From Candidatus Marinacidobacterales bacterium (GTDB lineage: Bacteria > Acidobacteriota > Vicinamibacteria > Marinacidobacterales > SMYC01), in contig OZ250169.1 in NCBI GenBank assembly GCA_965237955.1, positions 704,001-768,000 of the forward strand: a DNA stretch of 64,000 nt, in the 5' to 3' direction. A program made the position numbers and the translations under genes. The notes under the pieces are model-generated. The model had not been told where the DNA came from. It made no database searches and saw nothing but the letters and a program-made list of their open reading frames with translations. Positions 46,101-57,650 of this stretch are shown piece by piece; the first letter of the stretch is position 1; every line of letters begins with the position of its first letter.

Positions 46101-46546
46101 CAACCTTCGCACCTCTGCCACCAGCTCTTTGGAGAGCATCACCATCCCTCGATCTCGAGCCATCGACTGCGTCGACCGCAGAGCCGACACCGTGGAGGGA
46201 ACTCGAATGCGATTTCTCGGTCGCTGACATCCTCGAAGCCGATGCCCGCAACGACTACCGCCACCTTGACAGAACCCGTGGTTAGGTCTCTACCCTGATC
46301 CGTCACCCGTCGTTTCAGACGTTCTAGATACGCGCGCTGGTGATCTCGGTGATCCAGCCGACCTTCAGGACTTTCTTGATGCAGACGATTCGCCGCACGA
46401 CACTGCTCACGACGACATCGTTGTTGACACTCTTCGCTGCAGTAGCGCTGACCCCGGTCGCACGAACGACAGATGTGAAACTCCCGACCACATCGGCGGT
46501 CGCGGCAAAACCTCCGCCGCAGAACGGGTTCGCTCGTCTGCACCAT
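46097..46546 (-). pseudogene. IS21-like remnant: Cys-rich accessory ORF (46546-46139) plus the start of istA
   Basis: C..C...ICRSCDRGQRYCS..C, followed by MLSKELVAEVRRLY. Confidence 0.6.
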
Positions 46547-46551
46547 TGTCC

Positions 46552-47635
46552 GGCGTTGTTGCACCGCTCTGGCTGAGAGCGAAATCCGCCTATGGTGGTG
46601 GCCGAGGTATGTTCGAGCATGAAGTATCCCAAGCGCTGCCAGTACAAGCACGCGAAGCAGAAGAAGTACCACGTTCGCAACTGGGCGGAATACAACGAAG
46701 GGCTGCGCCGCCGGGGCGATTTGACAGTCTGGTTTGACGAGGAGGCAATCGCGAACTGGAAGGCCGACAAGACCGGTAAGCCTGGCGGTCAACGGGTCTA
46801 TTCAGACATGGCGATTGAAACGGGCCTGGTTGTCCGGATGGTGTACAAGCTCGCCTACCGACAAACCGAAGGCTTCTTGCACTCGATCGCCTCGCTTCTC
46901 GGCTCGGTATCGAGATACCGGACTACTCGACGTTGTGTCGGCGCTCGAGGTTGCTCCGCAAGAAGCTGCGGATTCCGAAAGCCGCGAGCACTCAACCCAT
47001 CCACCTGATGATCGATAGCACGGGCTTGAGGATTCATGTTGGAAACGCTCGCAAACCGCCAAAGCAGCGCGCATGGCGCAAGTTGCACATCGCCGTTGAT
47101 CGCGAGACAGGGAACATTGTTGCGTCCGAACTGACGGCGTCACGAGCTCGCGACGCAACCCGAGTCCCCGCTTTGCTAACACAGATTCAAGCACCTCTAG
47201 TGTCGGTGGCGGCGGACAGTGCATTCGACAAGGAAGCGGTCTACGAAGCCATCGAAGCGCACAGTCCTGGACGAAGGACGCGCGTGGTGATTCCGCCGCA
47301 ACGAAACGCGACGCTCAGTCAGAATTCGAACACCGCCATGCAGGAGCGCGATCGCCATATTCGTGCAATCGAAAGACACGGCCGACGTGAATGGTACAAG
47401 CTCTCAGGCTACACCAAGCGAAGCATGGTGGAGAACGCGGTCTATCGTTACAAGGCGATCATCGGGCCGGAGATGCGGGCTCGAACGTTGGCGAGGCAAC
47501 GAGTTGAACACCGAATTGGGTGCGAGATACTCAACAAGATGGCTGCGCTCGGGATGCCCGATACGTACTGCGCCGGGTGACTCTGCAACCGGCACAGGGA
47601 GGTCAGCGATTTGCTCCGGGCCGTGCAACAACGCC
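46552..47635 (+). mobile_element. IS903-like element with a 1-bp deletion frameshift
   Basis: 1,084 bp versus 1,085 bp for the intact copies; split ORFs. Confidence 0.9.
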
Positions 47636-48379
<744 letters not shown>

Positions 48380-48483
48380 ATTGCCAATCAGACCAAGAGG
48401 AGGGCCTTGATGCCCGAGGCTTGGCGCTGGTACACCCAGCGGCACCTTCGTCGGAGAATTTCTCAACTTCTACACAAATCTTA

Positions 48484-48981
48484 CTACTTGATCATCGAGA
48501 AAATGATCGAAGGCACCAATGGTTCACCGGCCGGCTGGATAGCTTCAATGCATAGGTTCGCCTCTGAATTATTAGCTGACATCATGACTTCTACAACATC
48601 ACCCGCCTTCAGTGGGACGATTCCCTGCGATATGATGACGTCTTTCGCCCTGCTGTCGGCATCCTGACACAGCTGTACGTTGGAGTTCGCTACATCATCT
48701 CCATTAACACGTAGCCATAAATCGAAGCAACCATAGGGTCCTCCACCTTCGCGTCCCACTTGGGGTGCAGCGACTATCAGATAGGGTCCGGCTTCACTTA
48801 CAGTGATTTTGTTGTCTTTTAGGGCAAGGCCATTGGCTGCATCCGTGACATCCATTTTAACGACCACGGGTGCATTGCCGGGGCACTGGGTAATCGTTGA
48901 GGATGCCTGCAAATACTGGTCGGCGTTTGCCATACTCATGGATGTCAATAATACAAACACTGTAGAGATAATCTTCTTCAT
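48484..48981 (-). CDS. Secreted C1q/TNF-like beta-sandwich protein
   Basis: AAGGAG RBS, signal peptide, ITVSEAG.Y...WLRVNG...L.AGD.VEV. Confidence 0.65.
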   Translation of the reverse strand: MKKIISTVFVLLTSMSMANADQYLQASSTITQCPGNAPVVVKMDVTDAANGLALKDNKITVSEAGPYLIVAAPQVGREGGGPYGCFDLWLRVNGDDVANSNVQLCQDADSRAKDVIISQGIVPLKAGDVVEVMMSANNSEANLCIEAIQPAGEPLVPSIIFSMIK

Positions 48982-50096
48982 GCTCTTGCGCTCCTTTTCA
49001 GTCCAGGTCAAAGCTTTTTGGGCATTCAGCTCAGCCAGTCGGGCAGGCGGTCCCCCTGACACCTGACGATGGCTTGCCGGTCAACTAAGTCAGTACAAGT
49101 AGAGTACTTTAGCAGAATTTATGGCGTAGTCAAAGGATGCTGGGCAGGTCGTAGGTGCAAACTGCTGACCCGCTGGGCCTTCGCGTATTTTGACCAGACG
49201 GGTTTTGGCGCTTTTGGCGCAGGATCTATTCGGTCGCAGCTCCGGAGCTCGTGTTTGTGGGTGTCCATTCGAGTCTGGAGAGACGGTTTCCCGAAGAGTT
49301 CGGACGCCGGGTCGAGAACGCCAGACCGGAGACTAATCAAGTTCGGTGCGCGCGGATGAATAAATAGAAGGCACAGGTACCAGCGCAGGAGTCAAGCCCA
49401 TTCTCCTAAGAAACTACCGCCTGAACGACGTCGCCCGTTTGAGTGTCGATGAGAGCGAAACCGAGGTCAGCGGCGCGTTGGGTCAGGCGGCGCACGGCAC
49501 GGGAGCGATCTTGAGCGTTGTAGGCGGCGGCCCCGGGGTCTTGATAGACGAGCCCATCCTTGAGAGTGCGGTAGACGAGAATGGCGAGCTTTCGAGCGGT
49601 GGCGGTGATGGCTTTGGATTTACCGACGCGATAGGCGAGACGTCGATAGTAGGCGCCAAGGAGGTTGAGGTTGCCGTCGAGAAAAGCGTATTGAAGCCAA
49701 TTCGAATTCCGGCTCGAATGGCCACCCGTCCATGAGGTGTGCGGGGACCGAGCACGTGAAGGCAGCCGTTAAATCACTGTAGAAAAAGAGGATAAAATGA
49801 TGTGGACACCACTGCTTCTCTGAGTATTCGCTACATTGCCCCAACACGCGCATGGCGAAAAGGGCGATATGACTCGCAAAACTCGCAAAGCCCCCCGTAT
49901 GGGCCAGGACGTAGGTTCCGACCTGTGCTTCGGGGTTTCCAGCCGAGACCGGATAGCTCCGGACTTCACCATCCGCCACCCAGTCTTGCAAATTGTGGCA
50001 CTGCAGAGACGGGTGAGATTTTCCGCGCGGTTTGCGGGGTTTTATAGGATTAGGTGTCACCAGAGACGCGCTAGAAGGGCTGAAGAGGCCTCATTT

Positions 50097-50290
50097 TCGG
50101 TTTTGGTCTCTAATCTCGATTTTCGAGTGCCACGTTTGCGCCAAAGGGGGGATTGGGCCGCTGACGGGGCCGTGCAGCGTCGGAAAAGAGGCTACCCGAG
50201 GGGTCCAGAATCAAGGCCAGGGCTACCGCGGCGTAGCCGGCTAGCACGTTCTGGTCCAGGTGCGGCCCGGGCCTGGATCCAGGTCTCCGT
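50097..50290 (-). repeat. Repeat A copy
   Basis: Reverse complement of 16660-16815 plus the 5340-5400-like part. Confidence 0.75.
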
Positions 50291-50594
50291 GGCATCCCGT
50301 TGCTGGACGGTGTTTCCCCTGCGCGTACGGGGAACCCGAATCGCCGACATCGCCTCCGAAACGCCCCAGATCTGGGGCTCGCCACGGGGCGATGACCATC
50401 GAAACGGCCCGGCGCGCCAGTCTTGAGTTCGTTTGTGTTTTTGGACAGGACGGGTCGACATTCGAGAGCCGCGGCCGTTTCACCGAACGGCGGAGCACGG
50501 CGAGCTGCTGCCGAAGAGCGACATTCTCGAGAGCCAGCTCGCGACGAGCAGCACCCGCCTTCTGTAATTTGGTGCTGATATCATGGCCGGAGCA

Positions 50595-53045
50595 ATGGAC
50601 AAGAAAAGCCTCAGTGAACGTGACATCTGCACCAAGTTCATCACACCGGCCTTGCGCCAAGCCGGGTGGGACGAGATGGCGCAGATCCGGGAGGAGGTCA
50701 GCTTCACCAAGGGCCGCATCATCGTGCGCGGCAAGCTGGTCAGCCGGGGAAAGGGCAAGCGGGCCGACTACATCCTTTATTACAAGCCCAACATTCCCAT
50801 CGCCCTGATCGAGGCCAAGGACAACACCCACGCCACCGGCGACGGGATGCAGCAGGGGCTGGACTACGCCGAGACCCTGAATATCCCCTTCGTGTTTTCC
50901 TCCAACGGCGACGGCTTCGTCTTCCACGACCGGACGGGAGCAGGCGCCGAGCGGGAAACGACCCTCGGTCTTGACGCCTTCCCGCCGCCCGACGACCTGT
51001 GGGCGCGCTATCGCGCCTGGAAGGGGCTGACGCCCGAGGCCGAATCCATCGTCCTGCAGGACTATTTCGACGATGGCGGCGACAAGGCCCCGCGCTACTA
51101 CCAGGTCAACGCCATCAACGCCGCCATCGAGGCTATCGCCAAAGGTAACGAACGTATCCTGCTGGTCATGGCGACCGGTACTGGCAAGACCTATACCGCT
51201 TTTCAAATCATCTGGCGGCTATGGAAGGCGGGCCGCAAGAAGCGCATCCTGTTTCTGGCAGATCGCAACGTGTTGGTCGACCAGACGATGGTCAACGACT
51301 TCCGGCCTTTCGGCGCGGCGATGGCGAAGCTCTCGACAAAAGCAAAGACCATCGAACGAGCGGACGGCACTTCCGAAGACCTGACCAGCGCCATCGACGC
51401 AAGACGGCGCATCGACCCCGCCTATGAAATCTATCTCAGCCTCTATCAGGCGATCACCGGACCGGAAGAACATCAGAAGATTTTCCGTGAGTTCTCGCCC
51501 GGATTCTTCGACCTCATTGTGATCGACGAGTGCCATCGCGGCAGCGCCGCCGATGATTCGGCCTGGCGGGAGATTCTGGAGTACTTTTCGTCAGCCACCC
51601 AAATCGGCCTCACCGCCACACCCAAGGAAACCCGCTACGTTTCCAACATCCACTACTTCGGCGAGCCGGTGTACACCTATTCCCTGAAGGAGGGTATCCG
51701 CGACGGTTTTCTGGCACCCTACAAGGTCGTCAAGATCCATGTTGATCGCGACGTGGAGGGCTATCGTCCCGAAAAGGGGCAGCTTGACCGCAATGGCGAG
51801 GAGGTCGAGGACCGCATCTACAACGTCAAGGACTTCGACCGCACGCTGGTCCTAGATGAGCGGACCAAGCTCGTGGCCCGAAAGGTCACGGCGTTCTTGA
51901 AGGAAAGTGGAGACCGTTTTCAGAAAGCGATCGTTTTCTGTGTCGACCAGGAACATGCTGCTCGCGTGCGCCAGGCACTCATCAACGAAAACGCCGACCT
52001 GGTGGAAAAGAACCACCGCTACGTCATGCGCATCACCGGCGCCGACCTTGAGGGGCAGAAGCAACTCAGCAACTTCATCGACCCGGAATCCAGATACCCC
52101 GTGTTGGTCACCACATCACAGCTGCTATCGACCGGTGTCGATGTGCAGACTTGCCGGCTCATCGTGCTGGACCGCGAGGTCGGCTCCATGACCGAGTTCA
52201 AGCAGATCATCGGGCGCGGGACGCGCGTGCATGAGGATACCCGCAAGTTCTACTTCACCTTGATGGATTTTAGGGGCGCGACCACCCATTTCGCGGACCC
52301 GGATTTCGACGGCGAACCGGTGCAAATATACGAACCCGGCGATGACGACCCTATCCTGCCGCCCGAAGATACTTCGCCCAACGGCGACAGCGATGACCCC
52401 ATACCGCCGGAACCGGGCGATGACGAAACCGGTGTTGACGAACCGCCCGACATCATCGTGCCGAATACCGATGGTAGTGTGCGCAAGGTCTATGTGGATG
52501 GTGTCGCCGCGGCCATCGTCGCCGAACGGGTGGAATATCTCGATGAGAACGGCAAGCTCGTCACCGAATCCCTGCGCGACTTCACAAAAAAGGCGCTGAG
52601 GAAGCGCTTCGCCAGCCTCGACGATTTCTTGAAGCGCTGGAAAGCCGCCGAACGCAAGCAGGCGATTGTCGAGGAGCTGGAGGCCGAGGGCTTGCCGCTC
52701 GACATCATCGCCTTGGAATTGGGCAAGGACCTCGACCCCTTCGACCTCATTTGCCATGTCGCCTTCGATGCCAAGCCACTGACCCGGCGCGAGCGGGCCG
52801 ACAACGTCAAGAAGCGGGGCGTGTTCAACAAGTACGGAGACCAGGCCCGCGCTGTGCTCGACGCGTTGCTCGCCAAGTACGCCGACGAAGGTGTGTTCAA
52901 CCTCGACGACATAACCGTGCTGCGCATCCCACCCTTCACCCAACTCGGCACGCCGGTGCAGTTGGTCGAGGTCTTCGGCGGGAGAGCGGGTTTCATCGAG
53001 GCCGTCCACGAGCTTCAATCGGCCCTTTATCGGGAGACTGCTTAG
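50595..53045 (+). CDS. hsdR: Type I restriction subunit R (EcoEI-like)
   Basis: ADY..IEAK, MATGTGKT, DECH, TATP and QIIGRGTR motifs. Confidence 0.95.
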   Translation: MDKKSLSERDICTKFITPALRQAGWDEMAQIREEVSFTKGRIIVRGKLVSRGKGKRADYILYYKPNIPIALIEAKDNTHATGDGMQQGLDYAETLNIPFVFSSNGDGFVFHDRTGAGAERETTLGLDAFPPPDDLWARYRAWKGLTPEAESIVLQDYFDDGGDKAPRYYQVNAINAAIEAIAKGNERILLVMATGTGKTYTAFQIIWRLWKAGRKKRILFLADRNVLVDQTMVNDFRPFGAAMAKLSTKAKTIERADGTSEDLTSAIDARRRIDPAYEIYLSLYQAITGPEEHQKIFREFSPGFFDLIVIDECHRGSAADDSAWREILEYFSSATQIGLTATPKETRYVSNIHYFGEPVYTYSLKEGIRDGFLAPYKVVKIHVDRDVEGYRPEKGQLDRNGEEVEDRIYNVKDFDRTLVLDERTKLVARKVTAFLKESGDRFQKAIVFCVDQEHAARVRQALINENADLVEKNHRYVMRITGADLEGQKQLSNFIDPESRYPVLVTTSQLLSTGVDVQTCRLIVLDREVGSMTEFKQIIGRGTRVHEDTRKFYFTLMDFRGATTHFADPDFDGEPVQIYEPGDDDPILPPEDTSPNGDSDDPIPPEPGDDETGVDEPPDIIVPNTDGSVRKVYVDGVAAAIVAERVEYLDENGKLVTESLRDFTKKALRKRFASLDDFLKRWKAAERKQAIVEELEAEGLPLDIIALELGKDLDPFDLICHVAFDAKPLTRRERADNVKKRGVFNKYGDQARAVLDALLAKYADEGVFNLDDITVLRIPPFTQLGTPVQLVEVFGGRAGFIEAVHELQSALYRETA

Positions 53046-53048
53046 CCC

Positions 53049-54506
53049 ATGTCCGTCCGTACCCTTGTCAAATCCATCCAGAACATCATGCGCCAGGACA
53101 CCGGCGTTGATGGCGACGCCCAGCGCATCAGCCAGTTGTGCTGGATGTTCTTCCTCAAGATCATCGGTGATCAAGACCAGGAACTAGGATTGATGCGGCC
53201 CGGCTACGCCTCGCCGATACCCAAGCGCTACCAATGGCGCGCTTGGGCGGCGGACCCCGAGGGCATCACCGGTGAAGAACTGCTTGCCTTCATCAACGAC
53301 GACCTGTTCCCGGCCTTTAAGAACCTCCGGATGACCGGGCATCTCGGCGACCGACGCCGCGTCGTACGCGCCGTGTTCGAGGATGCCCACAACTACATGA
53401 AATCCGGTCAGTTGATGCGCCAGGTGGTCAACAAGATCAACGGCGTCGACTTCAACAACCTGACCGAACGCCAGCATTTCGGCGACATCTACGAGCAGAT
53501 TCTCAACGACCTGCAATCGGCGGGCAACGCTGGCGAGTACTATACGCCCCGCGCCGTCACCGCCTTCATGGTCGACCGCATCGACCCGAAGCTTGGCGAG
53601 AGCTTGCTCGATCCCGCCTGCGGCACCGGAGGGTTCCTCACCTGTTCGCTGCGTCACATGCGCGAGCGTTACGTCAAGCGGCCCGAGGATGAGCAGAACA
53701 TGCAGGCGGCGTTGCGCGCGGTGGAGAAAAAGCAGCTTCCGCACATGCTCTGCGTCACCAACATGCTGCTGCACGGCATCGAGGACCCGAGCTTCGTCCG
53801 CCACGACAACACCCTAGCCCGTCCCTATATCAGCTGGGAGCGGAAGGACCGGGTGGACATCGTGCTTACCAATCCACCCTTTGGCGGCAAGGAGGAGGAC
53901 GGCATCGAGTCGAATTTCCCGCAACATTTCCGCACGCGGGAGACGGCAGACCTGTTTCTCGCTCTCATCATTCGCTTGTTGAAGCCGAATGGTCGCGCCG
54001 CCGTGGTGCTGCCCGACGGCTCGCTATTTGGCGAGGGCGTCAAGACACGCCTCAAGGAACACTTGATGGAGGAATGCAACCTCCACACCATCGTCCGGCT
54101 GCCCAACTCCGTGTTCCGGCCCTATGCTTCCATCGGCACCAACCTGCTGTTCTTTGAGAAGGGCGAACCGACCGTGGATATCTGGTTCTACGAGCACTTG
54201 GTGCCCGAGGGCCAGAAGGCCTACTCCATGACCCGGCCGATCCGGCTGGAGCATTTGCAAGGCTGTATAGACTGGTGGGGTGGGGCGAAGCGCGAGGGTC
54301 GGAAGGAGACGGAGCGCGCCTGGAAGGTGACGGTCGACGAGGTCAAGACGCGAAACTACAACCTCGATATCAAGAACCCGCACACGGAGGACGACGACCA
54401 CGGCGACCCCGAGGAACTGCTGAAGGAACTGACTGCTGCCGAGGCTGAAACGGGATACTTACGCGACCGCTTGAAGGCGATCCTGGCCGAGGCGCTCATG
54501 CGATGA
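53049..54506 (+). CDS. hsdM: Type I methyltransferase subunit M
   Basis: GEYYTP, DPACGTGG and NPPF motifs. Confidence 0.95.
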   Translation: MSVRTLVKSIQNIMRQDTGVDGDAQRISQLCWMFFLKIIGDQDQELGLMRPGYASPIPKRYQWRAWAADPEGITGEELLAFINDDLFPAFKNLRMTGHLGDRRRVVRAVFEDAHNYMKSGQLMRQVVNKINGVDFNNLTERQHFGDIYEQILNDLQSAGNAGEYYTPRAVTAFMVDRIDPKLGESLLDPACGTGGFLTCSLRHMRERYVKRPEDEQNMQAALRAVEKKQLPHMLCVTNMLLHGIEDPSFVRHDNTLARPYISWERKDRVDIVLTNPPFGGKEEDGIESNFPQHFRTRETADLFLALIIRLLKPNGRAAVVLPDGSLFGEGVKTRLKEHLMEECNLHTIVRLPNSVFRPYASIGTNLLFFEKGEPTVDIWFYEHLVPEGQKAYSMTRPIRLEHLQGCIDWWGGAKREGRKETERAWKVTVDEVKTRNYNLDIKNPHTEDDDHGDPEELLKELTAAEAETGYLRDRLKAILAEALMR

Positions 54507-56188
54507 ACGCCGATCGATTGCTGACCCATTACGAACGGATCGCCGACGCTCCGGATGCGATTGTGCGCTTTCGCCGCTTCATTCTCGATCTGGCCGTACG
54601 CGGCAAGCTCGTGGGGCAGGACCCGAACGATGAACCGGCGTCGGAACTGTTGAAGCGAATCGCGGCGGAGAAAACGCGACTGGTAAGGGCGGGACAGATC
54701 AGGAAGCAAAAAGCCTTTCCCTTTTTGGAGTCGCCGCCCTTCTATGTTCCAGAGAACTGGCGTTGGGCTCGGATCCGAGAGGTCACAAGCGATCGAGGAC
54801 AGAAGGTTCCTGACGCAGTATTCACATATATCGACGTGACTGCCATAGATAAGGAAAACGGCTTGATAATTGGCCCTAGAGTTTTGGCGCCTAGCGAAGC
54901 TCCGAGCCGCGCGCGCAAGATCATACAACGGGGCGATGTAATTTACTCCTGCGTTCGTCCCTACCTTCTGAATATTGCAGTTATCGAGGATGATTACGAT
55001 CCAGCCCCAATCGCTAGTACGGCATTTGCGATTTTGAATGGACACGGTTTTGTGCTCCCGCGATACCTTTGGATCACGCTCCGCAGTCCGTTCATGGTTG
55101 CATGCGTCGAGGAGAATCAGCGCGGCCAAGCTTATCCGGCGATTAATGACGCTGACTTCGCGGTCCTTCCATTACCTCTCCCGCCACTGGCCGAGCAGCA
55201 CCGCATCGTCGCCAAGGTCGATGAACTGATGGCGCTCTGCGACCAGTTAGAGGCGGCACGGGCGGAGCGGGAGGCGACGCGCGACTGGCTGACCAAAGCT
55301 AGCCTCGCCCGTCTCAGCGCATCCGATATAGACGACAAGACATTTCGTTCCTATGCACGCTTTGCCGTCTATGCCCTTCCAGCACTGACGGCTCGTGCCG
55401 ACCAGGTGGAACATCTCCGCCAGACCATCCTTAACCTCACCGTGCGCGGCAAACTGGTGGAGCAGGACCCGAACGACGAACCGGCGGCGGAATTATTGAA
55501 ACGGATTACTGCAGAGAAGGTGGGGGGGAGAAAGAAGACCAAACCGACGACCAACCTGACCAGTTCAATTACAGGATGGGACGTGCCACAGGGATGGGTG
55601 ATTACCGGTCTCCAAACCGTGTGTGCGTCGATTACCGATGGAGACCATCTTCCACCGCCGAAGACCGAGAGTGGAATCCCATTCCTGGTGATCGGTAACG
55701 TCCGTAGCCAAACGATTGAGTTCGCAGGGTCACGATTCGTGTCGCCGGAATACTACGAAGCCCTTGACCCGATTCGCCGCCCAAGAAGTGGTGACCTTCT
55801 TTACACCCTGGTTGGGTCGTATGGGATACCCATCGTTGTCCGTGACGATCAACCTTTCTGCGTTCAGCGCCACATTGGAATATTGCGGCCTTCCAAACTC
55901 ATTGATGTGTTGTTCTTGGCTCGTGCGATGGAAAGCCGTCTGGTATTCGAGCAAGCAATCGCTTGTGCGACAGGCATCGCACAAAAGACCGTTCCGCTTT
56001 CTGGTCTCCGGCGTCTCTTGATCCCGCTCCCACCCCTTGCCGAACAACACCGCATCGTCGCCAAGGTCGATGAACTGATGGCGCTTTGCGACCGGTTAGA
56101 GGCGAACCTCGCCACCGGTGACAACACCCGCTGCCGCCTGCTTGACACCCTCCTACACCAGGTGCTGTCGCCGGTTGCGGATCAATAG
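54503..56188 (+). CDS. hsdS: Type I specificity subunit S
   Basis: Two TRDs with repeated PLPPLAEQHRIVAKVDELMALCD; ATGA overlap with hsdM. Confidence 0.95.
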   Translation: MNADRLLTHYERIADAPDAIVRFRRFILDLAVRGKLVGQDPNDEPASELLKRIAAEKTRLVRAGQIRKQKAFPFLESPPFYVPENWRWARIREVTSDRGQKVPDAVFTYIDVTAIDKENGLIIGPRVLAPSEAPSRARKIIQRGDVIYSCVRPYLLNIAVIEDDYDPAPIASTAFAILNGHGFVLPRYLWITLRSPFMVACVEENQRGQAYPAINDADFAVLPLPLPPLAEQHRIVAKVDELMALCDQLEAARAEREATRDWLTKASLARLSASDIDDKTFRSYARFAVYALPALTARADQVEHLRQTILNLTVRGKLVEQDPNDEPAAELLKRITAEKVGGRKKTKPTTNLTSSITGWDVPQGWVITGLQTVCASITDGDHLPPPKTESGIPFLVIGNVRSQTIEFAGSRFVSPEYYEALDPIRRPRSGDLLYTLVGSYGIPIVVRDDQPFCVQRHIGILRPSKLIDVLFLARAMESRLVFEQAIACATGIAQKTVPLSGLRRLLIPLPPLAEQHRIVAKVDELMALCDRLEANLATGDNTRCRLLDTLLHQVLSPVADQ

Positions 56189-56369
56189 TTTGTGGCGTAG
56201 CGATCCAGCTGATGGTTCGGAGATAGAGACATGATGACCGAACGAAGGGAACTCGAGAGCCACGTGATGACGAAGTGGAGGAGCGCCGTTTTCTTCCACG
56301 GACCTCGGCACGCGCTCCCTGGGCCGTCACCGAGTTCATCTCTTCGTCTACGGCACGCTCCAAGCGGGG

Positions 56370-57552
56370 TGGACCGGGGCCCGACCGCCTGTGGGTCGCC
56401 GATATCAGTGTGCCGCAGCAAGCGGCGCGAGAGATGGGGGTAGGTCCCCCGGAATCGCTTTGCAGGAGGAGATTCCAAACCACCGTAAGCGGCTGTGGTC
56501 AAAAGCCATGGTCGTGAGCGTTACGGAAAAGGTGCAGTGAGATGCATCAGGTGAGAACCAGGAAGACGAACACCAGTGAACCGCCGTTCACGTGTCGAAA
56601 GTGGTTAGACGGTGTCAAAACTGGGGAGGTGATGTTGCCCCAGGATGAGCTTGGCGGATTGCCTGCTGACTGGCCAAGCGGCACCCGGCATAGAGGCGGC
56701 GTCAGCCTGGTTTGGGCTCTCGTGTTGAACTGCGGGATCCTCGACGTGCAATGCTAAGGGAAAGGCACAAGCAGCGACCCTGTGAGGCCGATAGTACCGA
56801 TGTGTCGTCGAGGGGCGGACGAGCTCGTAGTAGCGATGAAGCGGCTGTAATGGTCGCGGAGCGAAGGGGCTCGATCATCATGTCGTGCGCATGCGTCAAC
56901 TGGATTTTCAGGATGAGCAAATGAGTACGGCGAAACCGTTTGGGAAAAGGGAATCATCCCTGCGGTTTGATGATGGGAGCCGGATGAGCTGAGAGGTTCA
57001 CGTCCGGTTCTGAGAGGGGCTGGGGGTGCAACTCCCCCGGCCTACTCACCCCTACGTGCCCACGTGGTCGGGCTTCTTGTTCCTCGCCGTCGTGCTGGAC
57101 GCCTTCAGCCGACGCATCGTCGGATGGGCGATGGCTACCCGCCTGCGGACGTCGCTCGTCTTGAGCGCCTTCGACATGGCGCTGTTCCAACGCAAGCCCG
57201 GCGACGTCACCCATCACTCGGACCAAGGCACGCAGTACACGTCACTAGCGTTCGGCCAGCGATGCCGGGAGGCCGGGGTGCGACCGTCGATGGGTTCGGT
57301 CGGGGACTGTTACGACAATGCGATGTGCGAGAGCTTCTTCGCGACGCTCGAGTGCGAGCTGATCGAGCGCCGATCGTTTCGCTCCCACGCTGAGGCGCGC
57401 ATGGCGGTCTTCGATTTCATCGAAGGCTGGTACAACCCGCGACGCCGACACTCCGCCATCGACTATTGCTCGCCGATCCAATTCGAAAGGAGGTACTATC
57501 GCGCCGCTTGATCCCTAACTCTTAACCTGTCCACGAAAGCGGGGTCACTTCA
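56370..57552 (+). pseudogene. IS3-family orfB 3' part interrupted by a group II intron
   Basis: PDRLWVADI|TYVPTWSGF...HSDQG...DNAMCES, stop at 57511, TIR ending CA. Confidence 0.85.
56408..57050 (+). ncRNA. ORF-less group II intron (class D-like), 643 nt
   Basis: 5' GTGTG; domain V GAGCCGGATGAGCTGAGAGGTTCACGTCCGGTTC; domain VI; removal restores the host codon. Confidence 0.9.
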
Positions 57553-57650
57553 AATCAACGCCGGATCGATTTTTTGCGGAGCACAAGCCGCCAGGAGTGA
57601 CTGGAAAAATTGGAAAAACGCTCCCGCCCAATGATCCCTGGCGGGAAGGC

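Noticed and set aside
49935-49990. tRNA gene or att site (…TCCGCCA)
   Set aside because: Only a degenerate resemblance to a tRNA 3' end, with no cloverleaf.
54503-56188. hsdS shufflon or phase variation
   Set aside because: The repeats are the normal direct conserved regions; there are no inverted silent TRDs or recombinase.
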